NCBI GenBank assembly: GCA_963775685.1
Contig: CAVZJV010000014.1
Coordinates: 1,312,001-1,376,000, forward strand
Source of the DNA: Candidatus Bathyarchaeota archaeon
Lineage (GTDB): Archaea > Thermoproteota > Bathyarchaeia > Bathyarchaeales > Bathycorpusculaceae
DNA length: 64,000 nucleotides
Direction of reading: 5' to 3'
The notes beneath the pieces were generated by a model. It ran no database searches, had not been told where the DNA came from, and saw only the letters and a list, made by a program, of their open reading frames with translations. The position numbers were made by a program, and so were the translations under genes. Of this stretch, positions 62,153-64,000 are shown piece after piece. Each line of letters starts with the position of its first letter. Positions within the stretch are counted from its first letter, which is position 1.

Positions 62153-62755
62153 ATGAAAAGAGTTAATATGTTTCTAACCCTACTGATTGCGTCTATAGCG
62201 GCTCTAATAGCTGCAACAGCAATCGGCTTTGCCATATTCGCCCAAACCCAAAACTCAGCCAACTGGATGAGCCAAATGTTTGGAGGCACAAGTGGTACAA
62301 ACGGCATGGGCAGCATGATGGGACAAACAGGAACCACAACATCAAGCGGTCTGCTATCTTACTTTGGCGTCTTGTTCGTGGTCTTAATCGTTGTTACAAT
62401 CATGGGGATTGTCGGTGTTGGTTATTATCTGCTGTACCCCCAAATTCGAGTCGGGAGTGTAGGAGTTATTCAATCTGTACAAAACATTGCTGCAACTCAG
62501 CCAGGCGCAAATGGGTCAACAGCCTACGAATCTGTCGCCAAAACCCTTACTGAAGAAGAACGCAAAATCATAGAGGTCTTAACCAACCACAAAGGCAGAT
62601 ACCTCCAAAAATACATTCGAAACGAAACAGGCCTAAGCAGACTCCAAACCCACCGAATAATCGCACGCTTAGCCGACAGAGGAATCGTTTCACTTGAAAA
62701 AACTGGAAACACCAACCAAGTCTATCTGGCAAGCTGGCTGCAACAAAAAATCTAA
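62153..62755 (+). CDS. Membrane-anchored winged-helix regulator
   Basis: Two TM helices with M/G-rich loop; LTEEERKII...GLSRLQTHRIIARL...GNTN wHTH. Confidence 0.85.
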   Translation: MKRVNMFLTLLIASIAALIAATAIGFAIFAQTQNSANWMSQMFGGTSGTNGMGSMMGQTGTTTSSGLLSYFGVLFVVLIVVTIMGIVGVGYYLLYPQIRVGSVGVIQSVQNIAATQPGANGSTAYESVAKTLTEEERKIIEVLTNHKGRYLQKYIRNETGLSRLQTHRIIARLADRGIVSLEKTGNTNQVYLASWLQQKI

Positions 62756-63653
62756 CTACATAAGCAGGCTATAGCTCTTAAAATTTAGGGCAAATTCCAA
62801 AACCAGGCTTTTTTTACGATTTATTGGTCAATTAGATTGAGTCTGAGGTTTATTTTTCAATGAAACTATCCCGCAGTAACTGTTGATCTCTCGAAAATAA
62901 AACAACATGAAGAAAACGCCTATAGCTTGTAAATTTGGGCTAGCGCAGTGACTGCAAAATACAAAGCAAAAGAATTAATAGCCCACGCAAGACACCCAAA
63001 AGATAACAGAATTATGCCAACTGTTCTTTCTGAGAATAGATGCGTAATGGAACAGGATTACACCGATGACTAACATTACAATTGGAGCTACACCAACCAA
63101 CTGCCGTAGATTTGCAATATGACATTAAGTAAACTCAATAGATTTTGAATACAAGTTTGCAGAATTCATTTAAAAATTTTTCCTAAACTGCAAGCACTTA
63201 CTGTTTAGCGTCTGGTGCGGGCTAGAACAGAGTATTAAGCCAAAAAGTCTCGGTAAAATCAGCATAGAATAGTTGTTGTTTCATTCTGTGACAACATCGC
63301 CTTATATCATTTAAAGGAGGTAGGGATTGCAAGGATGAATTAACTAAGAGCCAAGCTGAGCGGGTCTGGCGGCTAAAAGGGCATGGCGCTTGTCCACTAT
63401 TTTTTCGCCCTGCTAATGATAGCCCACGGCTAAATCCGCCCACCAAACATCTTTTTGCCCCCCAAAAAAAGACAACAAAAATTTTTTGGCAAAACAAGGT
63501 AATCACAAATTCTCATTAAGCTTGATTTTCAGATAGAAAAGGCTTTTGCTTTTAAACATTTTTGTGGATAACTGTAAAAAAAATATCGAAACACCACAAA
63601 CTATTTATTTTAACTTTGCTGTAACTTTTAAAGTACGTGGAGTTATAAGAGGC

Positions 63654-63710
63654 ATGAATACGAGGGATCGTCACCTCAATAGCTGGGATCGATGGGTACA
63701 AATTCTCTAA
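63654..63710 (+). promoter_or_regulatory. Putative leader peptide (uORF) of ilvB
   Basis: MNTRDRHLNSWDRWVQIL; ATG 28 nt after the start of TTTTAAA (63626). Confidence 0.35.
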
Positions 63711-63809
63711 TTCGCTCAGGTTACCCTCTAAACAAACCACGAACTTTTCTCAGCTAATTTTTTCTGACGAAAGTATACGCTTTTCAACTTATAGGAGACT
63801 GAATTGAAA

Positions 63810-64000
63810 ATGGCTAAAATGTCTGGTGCACAAGCACTCTTAGAATCCCTAGAAAAACAAAACGTTGATACAATCTTCGGCATCTTAGGCGGAGCCATCC
63901 TCCCAGTCTATGATGCATTATGCGGCAACAAGAAAATACGTCATATCCTTGCAAGACACGAGCAATGCGCCGCCCACGAAGCCGAAGGTTACGCAAGAGC
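63810..64000 (+). CDS. ilvB: Acetolactate synthase large subunit, truncated by window edge
   Basis: [37 protein letters not shown]...[15 protein letters not shown]; GGAG RBS. Confidence 0.95.
   Translation, partial: MAKMSGAQALLESLEKQNVDTIFGILGGAILPVYDALCGNKKIRHILARHEQCAAHEAEGYAR

Overview
Archaeal chromosomal window, most consistent with Bathyarchaeia (inference from archaeal ribosomal proteins with K/A/E/P tails, GGTGA-type RBS, a multi-intron tRNA and PEF-CTERM-like secreted proteins). It contains, in order: the rpl22-to-secY ribosomal operon (minus strand, interrupted by an Hsp20 gene and a DUF2769-like pseudogene); ftsZ; hypE/hypDCF; an acyl-CoA ligase; a PerR/Fur-katG locus that keeps the N-terminal stump of a monofunctional catalase; a decayed island bounded by tRNA-3'-end-like repeats; xpb-bax1; a B12 radical SAM gene; tRNA-Met(CAU) with two introns; Hsp20, RPA and dodecin; and branched-chain amino acid genes (leuB, leuA/cimA-type synthase, ilvD, ilvB). 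The strongest candidate for an undescribed system is a ~9.3 kb AT-rich integrated element (about 45.45-54.8 kb). It carries a tyrosine integrase, a HerA/FtsK-type ATPase, an AbiJ-like HEPN defence gene, a PD-(D/E)XK nuclease, an RHH regulator, coiled-coil and zinc-finger genes, three 16-bp palindromes, 11-bp repeats and an anti-SD-loop hairpin, but no recognisable capsid, replicase or conjugation gene. All family calls are by motif recognition only; no searches were run.
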